Assembly (NCBI GenBank): GCA_965649765.1
Contig: OZ287757.1
Span: forward strand, 31,558,001-31,622,000
DNA: 64,000 bases
Source of the DNA: Bispira polyomma
Taxonomy: Eukaryota
Direction of reading: 5' to 3'
The translations under genes were made by a program, and so were the position numbers. Below the pieces are notes generated by a model, which was not told the origin of the DNA, did not search any database, and was given only the letters and a program-made list of their open reading frames with translations. Shown piece by piece: positions 13,401-26,231 of the stretch (position 1 is its first letter; every line of letters starts with the position of its first letter).

Positions 13401-15424
13401 TGCAATAAAATTTATTTACTTGACTGATATCTTACTTGCATCAAGACAATGTTGGTGGGTGTTTGACTGATCGTTAAGAAGTCATTGGTTTAAGTTTCAG
13501 CATTGGATATCTGGAAATGAGCAGGTCTGCATGTGAGGAAAAAAGGTTGGCAGAATGGCCTTCTGCCAGATTACAGTTTTTTATATACATGTACATGTTA
13601 CCTTCACGTTTTAATATGGGTTTAGGTGTTAAGATTACATAAATACTTCCATGATTAAATCTGCACGTGTTACAAAACAACATGGCTTCCACAGTCTCAA
13701 TATCAAAATATTGCCACAGCAAAATGTTTAATGTTTCAATTCTGATGCAAAGTTTCAAGAGACACTACACAGGTATATACTTCTCGAGGTATCAACCTAT
13801 TCCATAATTTATTGTGGACATCAATGTGAAAATTGAGTTTGTCAGACTCGTGTTTGCTACAGTGTTTAAGAATGATTTCACAAAGGGAGTGGGGGGTCTT
13901 GATCTGCCAATGATGTGAAAAGCCATAGCTAACAAGTGGGGAAAGAGCAAACTGTCTGGGCATCATAAAATAGCATCACAGGGCTATCTGTCTGTCTAGG
14001 TTTACATCTGGGGGCTCCTCAGCCTTGGGAAATAATTAATAACAATGACAAACTATGATGATTTTTACCACAATTGGAGGCGTAGTAACCCCCCCCCAAA
14101 AAAAAAGCCTGGGTGTTTCTGCCGTCCAAGAATTTATGTAATAGCTTTTGTCAAAGTTTATAAAATACAACCAAAAAATTCAGTGCTTTGGGTGGCCCAA
14201 ATTGAATACCAATACCCCATCTCTAAAACAAATTGATAAATATCATATTCACTATGTATCTGTAATATTTAGAAGAGGTGTGTCATTCTACAATGTCGGA
14301 TATTAGCTGTCAAGCTGTTCTAAATTAGAGTTATCACCCACAAAGCTTAGAAAATTGCAGCATTTCTACAGGAAATGACTGTCATTATAAAGGCTTTCTA
14401 TGTAGGTGAAAGGCTGTGGGTGTAAGAAGTTCCTACACTTCCGGTGACACACAAAGTAGATCAGCTTTTTCCCCTTTGCTGAGGATGAAAGAGTTACTAT
14501 GATATTTATCCAAATACTCACAATAATCTTAAAATATGTCCTGAATGTACACAAAATATATTATAAATCAAACTCAAATACGTGTATACGTAAAAATTGA
14601 TTGTAATAAATTCACTGAAATTAATTTTCACCATTAGCCAATGCTTAGTTTAATTAATCATACAAATTTAAATTTTAAACTGGGAATTAATATTTATTAT
14701 CTAAGATTTCTATCTAAAATTACTTTCTACTGAAATTTTCAAGTTATAAAGTACCATCTGGGTTTCTTAGAAAAAGTACAAGTAGTTTATGTTAAATCTT
14801 TACTGGGCTTTTTTTCAGTGTATCACTACCTAAACTTATTAGCTAATATTAGCTCCTGATGCGGCTTTGAAATTATAGTAAAATTGTCCTAACTCTCTTT
14901 CAAGGCTTTAAGCAGTATTTTTTTGTCTCATCATTTTATTTACACCCAATCCCCTCTCTGTATACATACACACCAGTGCTGCAGATTTCGGTCATTTAAC
15001 AATAAACATATCAAGAAATTATCTTACTTATGAACCAGAGCTGTATTTATAGGACGCTTAATCTCAAAGTCATGCCTAAACTCATATACCATGCAGAAAA
15101 TATTCCATGTGAATGGGAATAACCTAGACATGTTAGTATTCATTTCAATAGAGCTTTCAGCGAGGAACTCAAATCTATAGGTATATCCCTTCAGGGATTG
15201 TTGCCATAGATGAAAATCCAGAACCTGATTATTCTTGCACATTATTGGATACCTATCTCTGTAGATGTGCTGATGTGCTGATGTTGAATTTAATATACCT
15301 AAACTAACTATCCTAAAATGTAGATTCATTATTATTTGTTTGTTTTGAACATGTATCTAGTGACAATTGCCCACAGTTGCTACTCGATGAGGGGCTTTAC
15401 CCTAATTTTGATAATTTTTTGAAA

Positions 15425-16389
15425 ATGAGTAGAGGAAAAAAAAAGAGAAACTCTATTGAAACAGCCTCGTGTTCCAGATGTGAAATCTTTCACACACAAC
15501 CAGTAGAAAATTGCTGCAAACGCATCGCAGACACAAGGGATGATGATCTTCTTCAACCCAGCTTTGACAGTGATGGTCTTAGCAGTGTTTCTGAGGCAAG
15601 TGGTCAAGTCAGCAGTGAAAAATTCTATCGTTAGGCATACTCCACAGAGCAGAACATGAGGGAAACCCTGTTATCTACAGTTTCCAAATTACAAGAAGAC
15701 GTGTCAGACTTAAAATTTGAAAAGATGGAGACCAACCGTGTTTCATCTCATCACACATGCCGAGATCTTCACACAAGGTTACCCACTTCACTAGGGCTTC
15801 ATGACAGCCACAGAGGTCACACTGCCAGTGCGTTCGCGATTCCACCTCTCACAGCAGATTTTTCTTCATGCCAACCCACTAGTTCACATGGCGAGTATGA
15901 TCACGAAGCCACTCAATGTGCTTTCAAAGATACCATTCTTCCGACTCCCGAAGTGCTGAAGTAGTCGTCCCTCATACAGAATGAGGTCTCTCAACGACTA
16001 GCGAGATATGAAGCCTGGGCCACAGATGGGAGTATTCAAGGTAAGCTGACCACCAAAAGGAAAACTGGGCATTAAGTGTGTATCTGAACCCATGAGGCAT
16101 TGACCGAACGAGGCCTGTCTATCTGGCGTTAGCAAAAAGTGAGTATCTTTTGATCAATTGTCAGTCACACAGTTCGCTGCTTGCTAGATTCAAAACATTC
16201 TCGAAGTTAAGAACCCGCTTTCTTATTTTCAAGCCCTCATATCCAGCACTACTTGAGGGTAATAACAATATATTCAGACATATCTGTGCCAACTGCTTCT
16301 GACTTAACAAGAAAATAAACCCACATCCTGAGTCAAAATGTTTCAAAATATACGGACGCCTAAATGCGCCAGTGAACGCACCCGAATAG
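15425..16389 (+). pseudogene. E1 gag-like ORF (stops, frameshift, internal deletion)
   Basis: CSRCEIFH..CC N-terminal finger, ILPTPEVL, QGK, HICANCF..HPESKCFK; aligns to E2 gag. Confidence 0.8.
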
Positions 16390-18596
16390 GAACACGGACT
16401 ACCAGCAGACATAACTGCTACTCACCTTCAGTCCACTTCTGATGTCGTTATTGACCATTGTGTGCTGACAGGAAGTAGTGATTTAATCAGTAGCATTAAT
16501 AAGAGAATTTTGTAAGAACGACAGTATTAAGAATGATTTCATCAAAAAATTTAGTTGTCAACTTAATGAGTCAATTAATCAACTGAATTATGGTGATGCC
16601 AGAAAGACATCTCAAGTATTACCTAACAGTAGTTCCCTTAAAGACTTATGTAGGCAAGAATAGCCAGTTTGATGGAACATTATGTATTCTTTTTGGTGTG
16701 ATAATAATGGTCAAAAACCATCAGCTGTTTTTCATACAGTAGACATTTACGTTAGTACCAGTAATTTTAAGCCTGATTGTCCAACTTATTGTTATATTGT
16801 TTGTCATGATGAGTCATGTATTTCAGGTATATACACATGGACTTATTGTCATAATATGTGGTACCTACAACAAACCCCATATACACTGGATCATATATGG
16901 CCAATATCCTATGTGAACACCAGTTGTGTCATAATACTACACTATACTTAATCACATCAGTCAAAAAATCGTGCAAAGCATAATGTGGCATATACGCAAA
17001 CAAAAATTGGACAAACTTTTATTATACAGCAAATCAAATCTTCAACGACAGAGCTTTTAGTCTGGAGTTTCGAAATATAAACAAGTCAGGATTCCTCTTA
17101 AGAGTAACCTCAAAGTTGTAAATTGGAAGAAATATTTGACAGATTATCCTGACAACATCATATTACAATATATTGAATTTGGTTTTCCAATTTCACTTTA
17201 TGATAGACAGTTCAAGATGTTAAGAACCAGTACTCTTTTCCAGAAGCTGTCGACAAATATTTTGTCACAGAACTCGAACGAGGCACCCTAGTGGGTCCAG
17301 CTACTTCTGACCTTCACCCTGACATACATTGCTCTCGACTTCTGACTGTACTTAAAAACATTGACAAGCGCCGTCTTATAAGGCATTCGGTAAATGACTG
17401 CACTGTTAAAACACAGTTCGACCCAATCGACTTCACTTTGAAATTACCCACCATTGACCAAATAACTTACAAAATTATGGACATAGGACCTAAGGCGACC
17501 TTAGCAAAAGTGGACGTAGCTCACACATTTCGTTACCCAAGAATAGACCCTTATTATTGTTTGAAGCTGGGTTATATATGGAACAAGCAGTGCTTTCTTG
17601 ACTTAAGTCTGACTTTTGGTCTCACCCATGGTACTGCTGCTTTTATGATGACCTCATACTGTGTCACTTTCATAATAAAACAAAAGAGTTACACAGTTAT
17701 GAACTACATAGAGGACTTTATATTCATAGAGCACGAAGATAAGGCCACCTTAGCTGTCAAAACTTTACAGCAAATACTGACAGACCTAGGTCTTCCTATT
17801 AACCCCAGTAAGCTAGTACCTCCCAGCAAGCAAGTTACATGTATGGGCATTGTTATCGACATTGACAATATAGACGAAGACAAGCTAAATTTAATTCAAA
17901 ATACTTGCCTTGATTTCAAATACTTTGAGAAAGTTTGAAAACAAAAGTACCAGTTGTTGCTCGGTAAGCTACTCTATATACATCGCTGTATCAAACCATC
18001 TTGGATTTTCATGAACCGAATGCTTGCCTTACTACGCCAGTCTACAAGTCGTAAAACCATCATTCTAAATAGTGAATTTCATAAAGACTCACCGTGGTTT
18101 CTGCTCTTTCGGAAGTAGTTCAATGGTACTTGCAAGTACAATTATCTGAACAAAGATAATGACATCTCCTTACAGGTTGACGCCTGCTTATCAGGCATAG
18201 GTGGCATCTCAGACGACAAAGTGTTTAAGGTTGCTCTCCCTTCATTCATGACTGACAATTTTTCCATTGTACATTTTGAAATGGTCAGTGTTTTAATAGC
18301 ATTAAAGCTATGTGGCCATGAATGACAACATTGCTGTGGTGGCCGTTGTGCAGTCTTCTAAAACCAGAGTTGATTATCAGGGGCTATGCCTCCGAAACAT
18401 ATGGCAAATCTGTACTACCAAAAAATTAACTTAAATATCAGTCATATATCAGGTAAAGATAATATAATTGCAGATGTGTTATCTCGGTGGTATGAATCAG
18501 TACATCATGCTGATTATGTAAAAAATCTTTTTTTCAGGCAACTTCATCATGTATGACGTTTCAATTGACTTATTTACCCTTGACAGTTATATATAA
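16390..18596 (+). pseudogene. E1 pol (RT + RNase H), disrupted
   Basis: KVDVAHTFR, LTFGLTHG, NYIEDF, KLVPP, then DAC..GIGG, DNIAVV, IADVLSRW. Confidence 0.88.
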
Positions 18597-18602
18597 TTTC
18601 AA

Positions 18603-19560
18603 ACACTTCCTTACCAGCCACTTCACTGGTAAAAGGCGATTTTAGAGGTTTAGAACAGAGTCAAAGACCAAGAATACAGAAACAGTACAACCAGTTTTGA
18701 TTGTTTCTGAGTTTCACAGTTTATTGTGACTTAAAACAGACTTTTTGTTTCAACAGTATCATAGCTTTCTTTGAATTCTTGACTCAATCAGGAATCTCTC
18801 ACAAAGTCGTCACAAACTATCTCTCAGCATTAAAATACAACACTAAAGTGTTGAACATACAAAATACTGGTCTTTATGATCCCAGATTACCTCTTTACAC
18901 TAGATCCTTAGAGATCACCTTCAAGTATACACCAAAAGTCGAGGGGGTTTTTGACTTAAATCAGCTCTTACAAATATCCCAAACATGTGAACAACTTCAG
19001 TATTCTAAGTTATTTAGGAGGGCTTTCCTGTTTGCCTTTTTTGGTTTTCTACGAATATCAAATTTAACACCCTCTTCGGGTACCCCCTTTGACCCCACAA
19101 GACATCTCACAAGGTCAGATATCTTATTTGCTCCTCCTGGTATTCACTTAATCATGAAATGGTCCAAGACAAATCAGGCTAGGACTTTTCCAGATATTAT
19201 ACAGTTACCTTTACTCAGCAACCCTTGGCTGTGTCATGTTAGGGCTGCAATCTCCCTTTTTCAAAAATATCCACTTGGACCCATAGATCCTCTTTAGCAA
19301 ATCCTTCAAACAAAGGTATTTGCTTGACTGACAACAAGTTTAAGATCTACTTTAAAACTCATCCTCATTCAGTTACACATTCCCACTGAAAGTCATTCTT
19401 TCCATTGTTTTCCTCCTTAGCCTTTAATTTCAACATAAAACTCCAGCATATCCAAAAAAATGGGTGCTGGAAGTGAGATACAGTTTACTTAAAAAATACT
19501 TCTCATGCTTCTTCTATCATCCCCACCAACTTTGCTTCTATTGTCTCTTCCAAATTTTAG
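18603..19560 (+). pseudogene. E1 tyrosine recombinase, disrupted
   Basis: FFGFLRISNL, KWSKT, HSFHCF; strongly similar to the E2 YR. Confidence 0.88.
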
Positions 19561-19566
19561 TTTGGG

Positions 19567-19743
19567 TTTGGCATGTTAAAATTTTAGTTGTAATCTAAAA
19601 ATTTCTGTATAGTTGTACATAGAAGCTAAAGATTTATAAATAAATATCCCAAACTGCATCTGACCTCTTACCTTTCAAAACCTCACATACAAGATCAAAC
19701 CCCCATCTTATGATCTAGACCTCAAACCCATTTGACTCGGCTG
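19567..19743 (+). repeat. E1 split direct repeat B1 (contains AATAAA)
   Basis: 177-bp direct repeat of 20358-20534 (tttggcatgttaaaattttagtt...catttgactcggctg). Confidence 0.92.
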
Positions 19744-20357
19744 TCTTCATCACTGCCACGAAGTAGCATGGCTAGTCAACCGCGAAAATGCTATACTTTA
19801 CCGTACTTCTATTTCAAAACTATTTGCTTATCACAGTCACTCCGACCCCAATGCAGCATTTAGATATCAGCACCAAATAACACTCTTACTCTCCTCGGCT
19901 TTTCGCACCCTTTTCATAATCTCACTGATAAGTCAGAAGACAAGTCTCTCTTAGACTCCCCAGCGTTTTCGCGCACTTTTCATGATAAGCTCACTATTAA
20001 GTCAGAAGTCAAACTGACAACATCCAAAATCTCCCAACCCTCCTCCCTTGTACATATTTGTAGATTTTAGATTAAAAATATCTTAAAAATTGTGAGGTTA
20101 ACACTCACTTTTGTTGCCTTTTGGCTTTATTTTCTTAATTGTTTAAGCTATGATTTGTTATATTTACCGTATTGCTTTATCTGTATATTTTTAGCTATGA
20201 TTGGTTATATTTACCATATTGCTGTACTAGCATTTCATTTTTACTTTGTAGTTATCATTAGTTATATTTTCCATGTTGCTTTGTGTATGAGTTATCTTAC
20301 TCTTATATTTTTACCTTATGTGTTGGGTTCTTTAAACCCTCTTTCTTTTACTTGCCT
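19744..20357 (+). repeat. E1 A2-like segment between B1 and B2
   Basis: Its first ~60 bp (tcactgccacgaagtagcatg..actttaccgta) align with the 5' terminus of E2 (25827-25885). Contains a ~65-bp-period internal tandem at 19897-20012. Confidence 0.7.
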
Positions 20358-20534
20358 TTTGGCATGTTAAAATTTTAGTTCTTGTCTAAAATTTTCTGTA
20401 TACTTGTACATTGAAGCTAAAGATTTATAAATAAATATCCAAAACCGCATCTGACCTCTAACCTTTCAAAACGTCCCATACAAGTTCAAACCCCCATCTA
20501 ATGACCTTGACCTCAAACCCATTTGACTCGGCTG
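20358..20534 (+). repeat. E1 split direct repeat B2 (3' terminus)
   Basis: Copy of B1; host repeat resumes immediately (acatacaaatattttagtg). Confidence 0.92.
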
Positions 20535-21299
20535 ACATACAAATATTTTAGTGCAAATACTACTAATAAGTTTTATTGAATTAAGTTATATTTATTTACT
20601 ATGACAGTATAAGTATATACTGTAAATATACTATAAATAGTAATTTTCTAAGATTAAATGTCTGCAGCTGATTTCAAGATGGGTATTGATTGCAGAATAA
20701 CTGGTTAATGACACTTGTACAAATTCATGGGAAAAGTGTCTCCTTTAAAAAGACACTTGATGAATTATTTAATCTGAGGTAGTTAAAAGAGATGGCTATT
20801 GGGACATTGATATAAAAAGTACAGCTTTATCTGTAGTGTTATAATGAAGGTAATTTGTGAGGGACACACACACTGCATTGCCTTGATAATGTACTTTGGC
20901 CCATATAACACGTTCAATGGCCTTACATCAATGTTTTACTGCTTTAGGGTTATGCAATACTTTTTAGGACAAGAAGGGGCAGAATGAATCACAAATTGCT
21001 TTAAAAAGGCTTATCATTTTTCACTGAAAAAAGCATGAGAGTGTCATTTTAGGTTAACCATCATTTTGGGCCCATTTTGTCACAAGTTCGTAGCCGTCAT
21101 CATAAAACACAGTTTAGTTTTTAGTAAAATACTAGTAACAGAATGACATTGAAGTGAAAGTGTCTATTTCTCAGTGGTGCTCTACGAAAAGATAGTGGAA
21201 ATTAACAAATTTAACCCTCAAAATAATTAGAAAATAAGACAAACTCTATTATTTAAACAGATTATTACCTTAAATTTAAAATATATAAAATGTTTTAAC

Positions 21300-21830
21300 A
21301 TTATTGAATCTTGAGTGCTTAATCTCTGTGCTAACAACAGTCAAAATCATTGTTCAGTACTTGTGTTATGTTTGACAGAAAACAGGGTTGTCACCAGAGG
21401 GAGTCGGTGGTGGTAAGACTGTGTCAGATGGGACACAAGCTTTTTTGATAGAGATAGGTTTTCTACTTGCTTCTAAAGGTTGAAAGGGAAGGTGAGCATC
21501 TAATATATTGTGGTAGGTCATTCTAAAGTATGAGAAAATATGATTGAAATAGACTTTTGATCTGTGTATGTGGCGATCAAAGGTAGGAAGATTGAGAAAC
21601 ATTTGTTAGGATTACCAGGACGGCTATTGACTTGAGAGTAAGGGGTGGGATATTTTAGGAGGCCTATATTAAGAGACTTGTACACTAGAGTAGCAGGTTT
21701 AAACATACATCAAAATTAAAGAGGTAGCTAGTGTAAATATGTTAAAACAGTAGATATGGGGTAATACTTTGAGGTATGATTGACAATACGAGATGAGTAT
21801 TTGAATGCAAAAAGTTATAGTCATAATGGT
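21300..21830 (-). mobile_element. Decayed L2 3' fragment (duplicate of 5775-6330)
   Basis: FLNLPTFDRHIHRSKVYFNH resembles YLNIPTFDPRIHKSKVQFNH of the L2 at 53684-54751. Confidence 0.75.
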
Positions 21831-24364
21831 GGTAGATATAAAACTTTCAATTAAAAATTGCACCTATAAATTTTTTTTATTGGTTAGTTTTGCTTTTCCT
21901 TTAAAAAATAATTCTTCTACATGGATCTGCTCTCGAGCTTCATTCTTGATGGCAGTTACTTGTTTCTACATTTAGCCCATCAACTCTGAGTTGCTGTGAA
22001 ACCCTACATTTTAAAACTAATAAAAGTACATATGACGTGACAGAAAGATGTCAGTCAAAACCTTAAACAATTACCAGAGGCTCAGAGACTCCCGTCAATC
22101 AATGTCTCTAACCTTAAACTGCCACTTAATCTCAAAATTTGTCTTGCTGTATCATGTTTTGTATATCTAAAAATCATACTGCAGCTTAAAGCTGTATTCA
22201 AATGAATGTCAACATGTTTAGCTTGTTTGCATTGATAAGTAAATCTGTTGTATTTGTGGTATTTGACTTTTTAAGCACGAGTTAAAATTGTTGAAAAATA
22301 CGGCACCAGGAACTATGCTGTTTACAGCTGCAATGTCAAAGATAGTTGACACATGAGGAGAAATCTCTAGACATCAGTACAAAGAGAACACATTTGCAAA
22401 CACCTAAATTGACCAATTTTCAAACACATATTGTTTTCTGAACATATTTTTGGTTTTGTTTTTGTTTTAATGCAAAGACATCCTATTTTTTATGCCTTTG
22501 ATAGACATAAAGTGTTTCTTATTTTAAAGATGACAGAATTAGATTTTTTTTAAAACAGTTTTCTCTCACTACCTTGGGGAGATGATTATTTTTTCAGAAA
22601 ACAATGAATATTTTTTGGGGGGAATGATAATTTAAAATCATGTCTAAAAGGATATTTATTATTTTTAAAAAACTAATTGCTTGAAAAAGGTGCTTTTTGT
22701 AATACCACAAAGAGCTATGAAACTAACCTCTACAAAATTGTTTGAAACATAATTCAGCTGGGTAGACAAATAAATCCACACATTCATGCATAACTTTATG
22801 TGGAATCTTTTAAGAAAGTAAGGCATACTTGGCTGCTGCAAGTACCACATTTATTGATATGTATTACTGTTATTCAATACTGTATCTGTCAAATTGGCTG
22901 TACCAATCCAGCTTGGAGTTTCAGATGATTTACTTTACTTTACATGACCAACAATCTTACTATGTTATTGCATTATCAACAATACTTGATTATTTAGTGA
23001 ATGAGAGCCATGAAATATAGGTCAGGTCCAGTATGTTGTCATATTTGTCTTCGATACCTCTTGAATTACAAGATATTTTAGGCCTTGTATTGTTGTAGTT
23101 AAAATATATACTTAGATCATTTATCTTCCTTTGCCTGTTATTCAAAGTGCTAATTAACATTTTTGTGACGGCCTCTCTACAGACAGTAAATATTCGTAAC
23201 TGTCAATCCCCAAACAAAAGTGAGAAAAAAATGATTATACCATTGTATTATATCATGACAGAAAATTTACCATTGGAGAAAACTAGTACAGATGACTGGG
23301 TCCTGATGTCTGCATAATGTAAAGCACCAACGGCAGTACGCCATTGCCTACTGAAGCTGAGCAATGTTCTGATTTATGAGTACCCATTAGAAACAAGTGT
23401 CTTGCAGGATGCATGCTAAAAAATATTATTATTAACCTCTAGGATGCTGTAATTATTTTTATCATTTTAGTTTGACTAAATATGTTTGTATAATTACTCC
23501 TTATATCCCAATTTAATATGCACCACTGTAGCTATAGCTGTAGCTAACAGATAAACCACCCTATAATTAGTCCTGACACCATTGTAGCTATAGTTTACAG
23601 ATAAACAACTCTATCATTGGCCCTGACCTAATTAAATCAACCTTGTTTTGTATCTGGGAAGGCAACTCCTTATCCCTTAACCAATCCACTGACAAACTCG
23701 ATATTTATTGTATTTTAGGTCAAGTTTTGGGTAATATTGTGGTGGCAACTGAGGAAAACTGGTAAAATCTAACCACTGTTCCACAACTACTTGACTTACT
23801 ATCCCACATGGAGGAAGCTGTGGAGATTAAACTCACTGTGCTCCGAGTTGAGAGTCTAGCGATATTAAAGCAGATGCTTATAAACAAGTGGGAGAAATGT
23901 GTAATAGAATGAATTTTTACTTTCTCACATCAACTTACGTCTTTCTAAATGCCTAAGAGTAACTGAAAATTTATCAGTCAGCTAGTAGCTAATATAGTCT
24001 GTGCAATTCAGTCTGTCATTCCCTCCTTCTTCAAAATAAATTACTATAATATAGTGAGGAGTGGTTTAACACACTTACAAATGAAATTAGTAACTCAATT
24101 GTGGCTTATTTGTAGTGAGCCTCTGCAATAATAGAATGGACGTCACACCTTTTCAGAAAAAAAGCAATTGTAATGTAAATAGAACAACTTTGTGCGTCTG
24201 TGTTTAGAGCTGACAAATCATTCACTGCTAGACACTAAAAGTATGAACCTAGTTTTAACCATGAGCGTTATTTGTATATCTCTGTGGCATGTACATATTT
24301 GATTACTTAAAGACACATTTGTTTGACATTTTTGATTGTCTGGTACTTGTAAAATACATTGTTA

Positions 24365-24800
24365 CACTCCACCACGTCTTTGTCTGATCATGCATCTCAA
24401 GTCAACATGTCTGATAGAATTCTTATTAGAGATTTATACATGATACAACATTTACTTGAGATAAATATAGCTATTAATACATGCACTTGTTAGAAGCCAT
24501 ATATACTACTGCAACTCCCTCTCTACTTTTCTATCTGACCATGAGTTGAAAATATTGCAGTGTGTATCCAAATTCCCTTTGTCACATTTCAACCACCTCA
24601 ATTAGAAGAAACGCCATTTGCTCCCAGTTAAATTCAGAAATAAGTACAGAATTGTTACAAATACAAGTCTTGTGTATTTTATCTTGACTTTTAGCTAGTG
24701 TGCTCTAACCGTTGGTACTTCTTTACCTTTACATATTGCATCCAATCTCTTCAGAAAGCCATAAATCACACATTTGCATCAGTCTACTCTACTTCACTTT
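24365..24800 (+). mobile_element. Old L2 RT C-terminal remnant in the Q unit
   Basis: Degenerate HALVRSHIxYCNS..LQ..HxLPV. Homologues at ~40110-40400 and ~49260-49700. Confidence 0.65.
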
Positions 24801-26231
24801 CCTCATCCGTGGTCACACACTGGATTATTGACCCGGTTTTGTGAAAAAAGTCCTCTGTTTGAGTAAGATGTTGTGCTTGCAAAGGCTTCGATTTAAAATA
24901 TGAATATTTTTTAACCATAAACCACTTTGCAGGATCCATGTGGATGAAAGACCTGACATCCTGTTGAGCCAAAAAAGTTATGTTAATTAGCAGGTTAAAT
25001 ATTAGAACTCTCAATATCATATATGTGACATGAAATACTCTCCCATGCTACTTGCAAAATTAATGCATTAATGACCTAATCTGATCTTTTTGGGGTTTTT
25101 TATCCTAAAGAAAGTCAATTCTATTGTAATAAAGATAGAATATTTGTGTTTCAGGGTATAAAATTCCTGAAAGAGTTTACAATAATGTAACCAAAAAAAA
25201 GTATAAGGATAAAAAATATTGCTCAGTCTAAATGACTTGGGAAAACTTTTTTTGAGTACTTAGTTTTAGGATTTGTCAAATATTTTAAGCCCCTGACAAA
25301 TGAATAGTCTATCCTGCTTGACATGTTCAGGCACCACTTACACGACAGGCATAGAGCGTTATTATGCCCCCTTTCCAATAATGGAATAACAACCAAGGTC
25401 TAATAACACAAAAATTGCAAAGGAGGTATTTGTAGCTCTGTAAATGAGATTGGGACATTATAGTTAGATGTCCCTTTGAAAAGCAGTTGAAATATTGCCA
25501 GCTTTACATATACAACACACCGTATCCAAAGGATTCAGGATTTTGCTGAAAATTTTTGTGACCTTTAATTTTCTAATAATAAGGCATATTGTTTAAAATT
25601 TCAGGAAATGAGAAAACCATACCCCTAACAGTATTATAATCCCTGATTTTGTCTAAATGTGTTGAGACTGCTTAAAAATATTCATTAAGTCATACCTTTC
25701 ATCACTGAACTGTGACGTTAATTTGGCCTTAACTGATGGATAACAAATAATCAACCACTATTTTAGATACAGGAGTCTGGGTAAATCAATTTAATGTCAC
25801 TGGTATTAATGACAAGAATTTCGGAGTCACTGCCTCAAGACATGTCTTATCAGTCGCACAAATTAGCCACTTTACTGTATCTTTCCTAGCGCCCAATATG
25901 CATTAAGGGTCGTTAGGGTTCAATACACACGCCCCGTCTATTTCTCTTTCTCTTCATTATTAAACCCACAGCCAAAGGGTAAATACGTTTTAAAAATTAA
26001 AACAGGTGGCAGGCGAGATACGTTTTAAAACACCGCCATATTGGATTTTATATAAAAAAATATTTTATACATCGTTTTTAGTGCTTTTAGTTTACATGTT
26101 TTACATTTGTTTTAACAGAAGACGATAGTATATACGTTATTATATATTGTGGAAAAGGTTTGAATGAGTTTTTATTTGTTTTTGTAAGAAAATAGGTGAT
26201 TTCTGTTTTCCACGTATTAGTTCACACTGTT

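Larger units (their letters stand above)
15415..20534 (+). mobile_element. YR retrotransposon E1 (Ngaro-like), decayed, 5' A repeat missing
   Basis: gag, RT/RNase H and YR remnants followed by a B1-A-B2 split repeat. Empty site at ~5085-5100 in P copy 1. Confidence 0.92.
10497..23890. repeat. Macro-repeat block P, copy 2 (interrupted by element E1; internal ~610 bp inversion)
   Basis: Matches 270-9235 once 15415-20534 is removed. Lacks copy-1 segment ~6430-7320 and has extra sequence ~10880-11200. Confidence 0.9.

Noticed and set aside
324-15329. Short ORFs in blocks P and Q as host genes
   Set aside because: Stops and frameshifts differ between repeat copies; no domains or consistent exon structure.
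20092-20370. Membrane-protein ORF between B1 and B2
   Set aside because: Hydrophobicity comes from T-rich composition; GTG start; no counterpart in the other elements.
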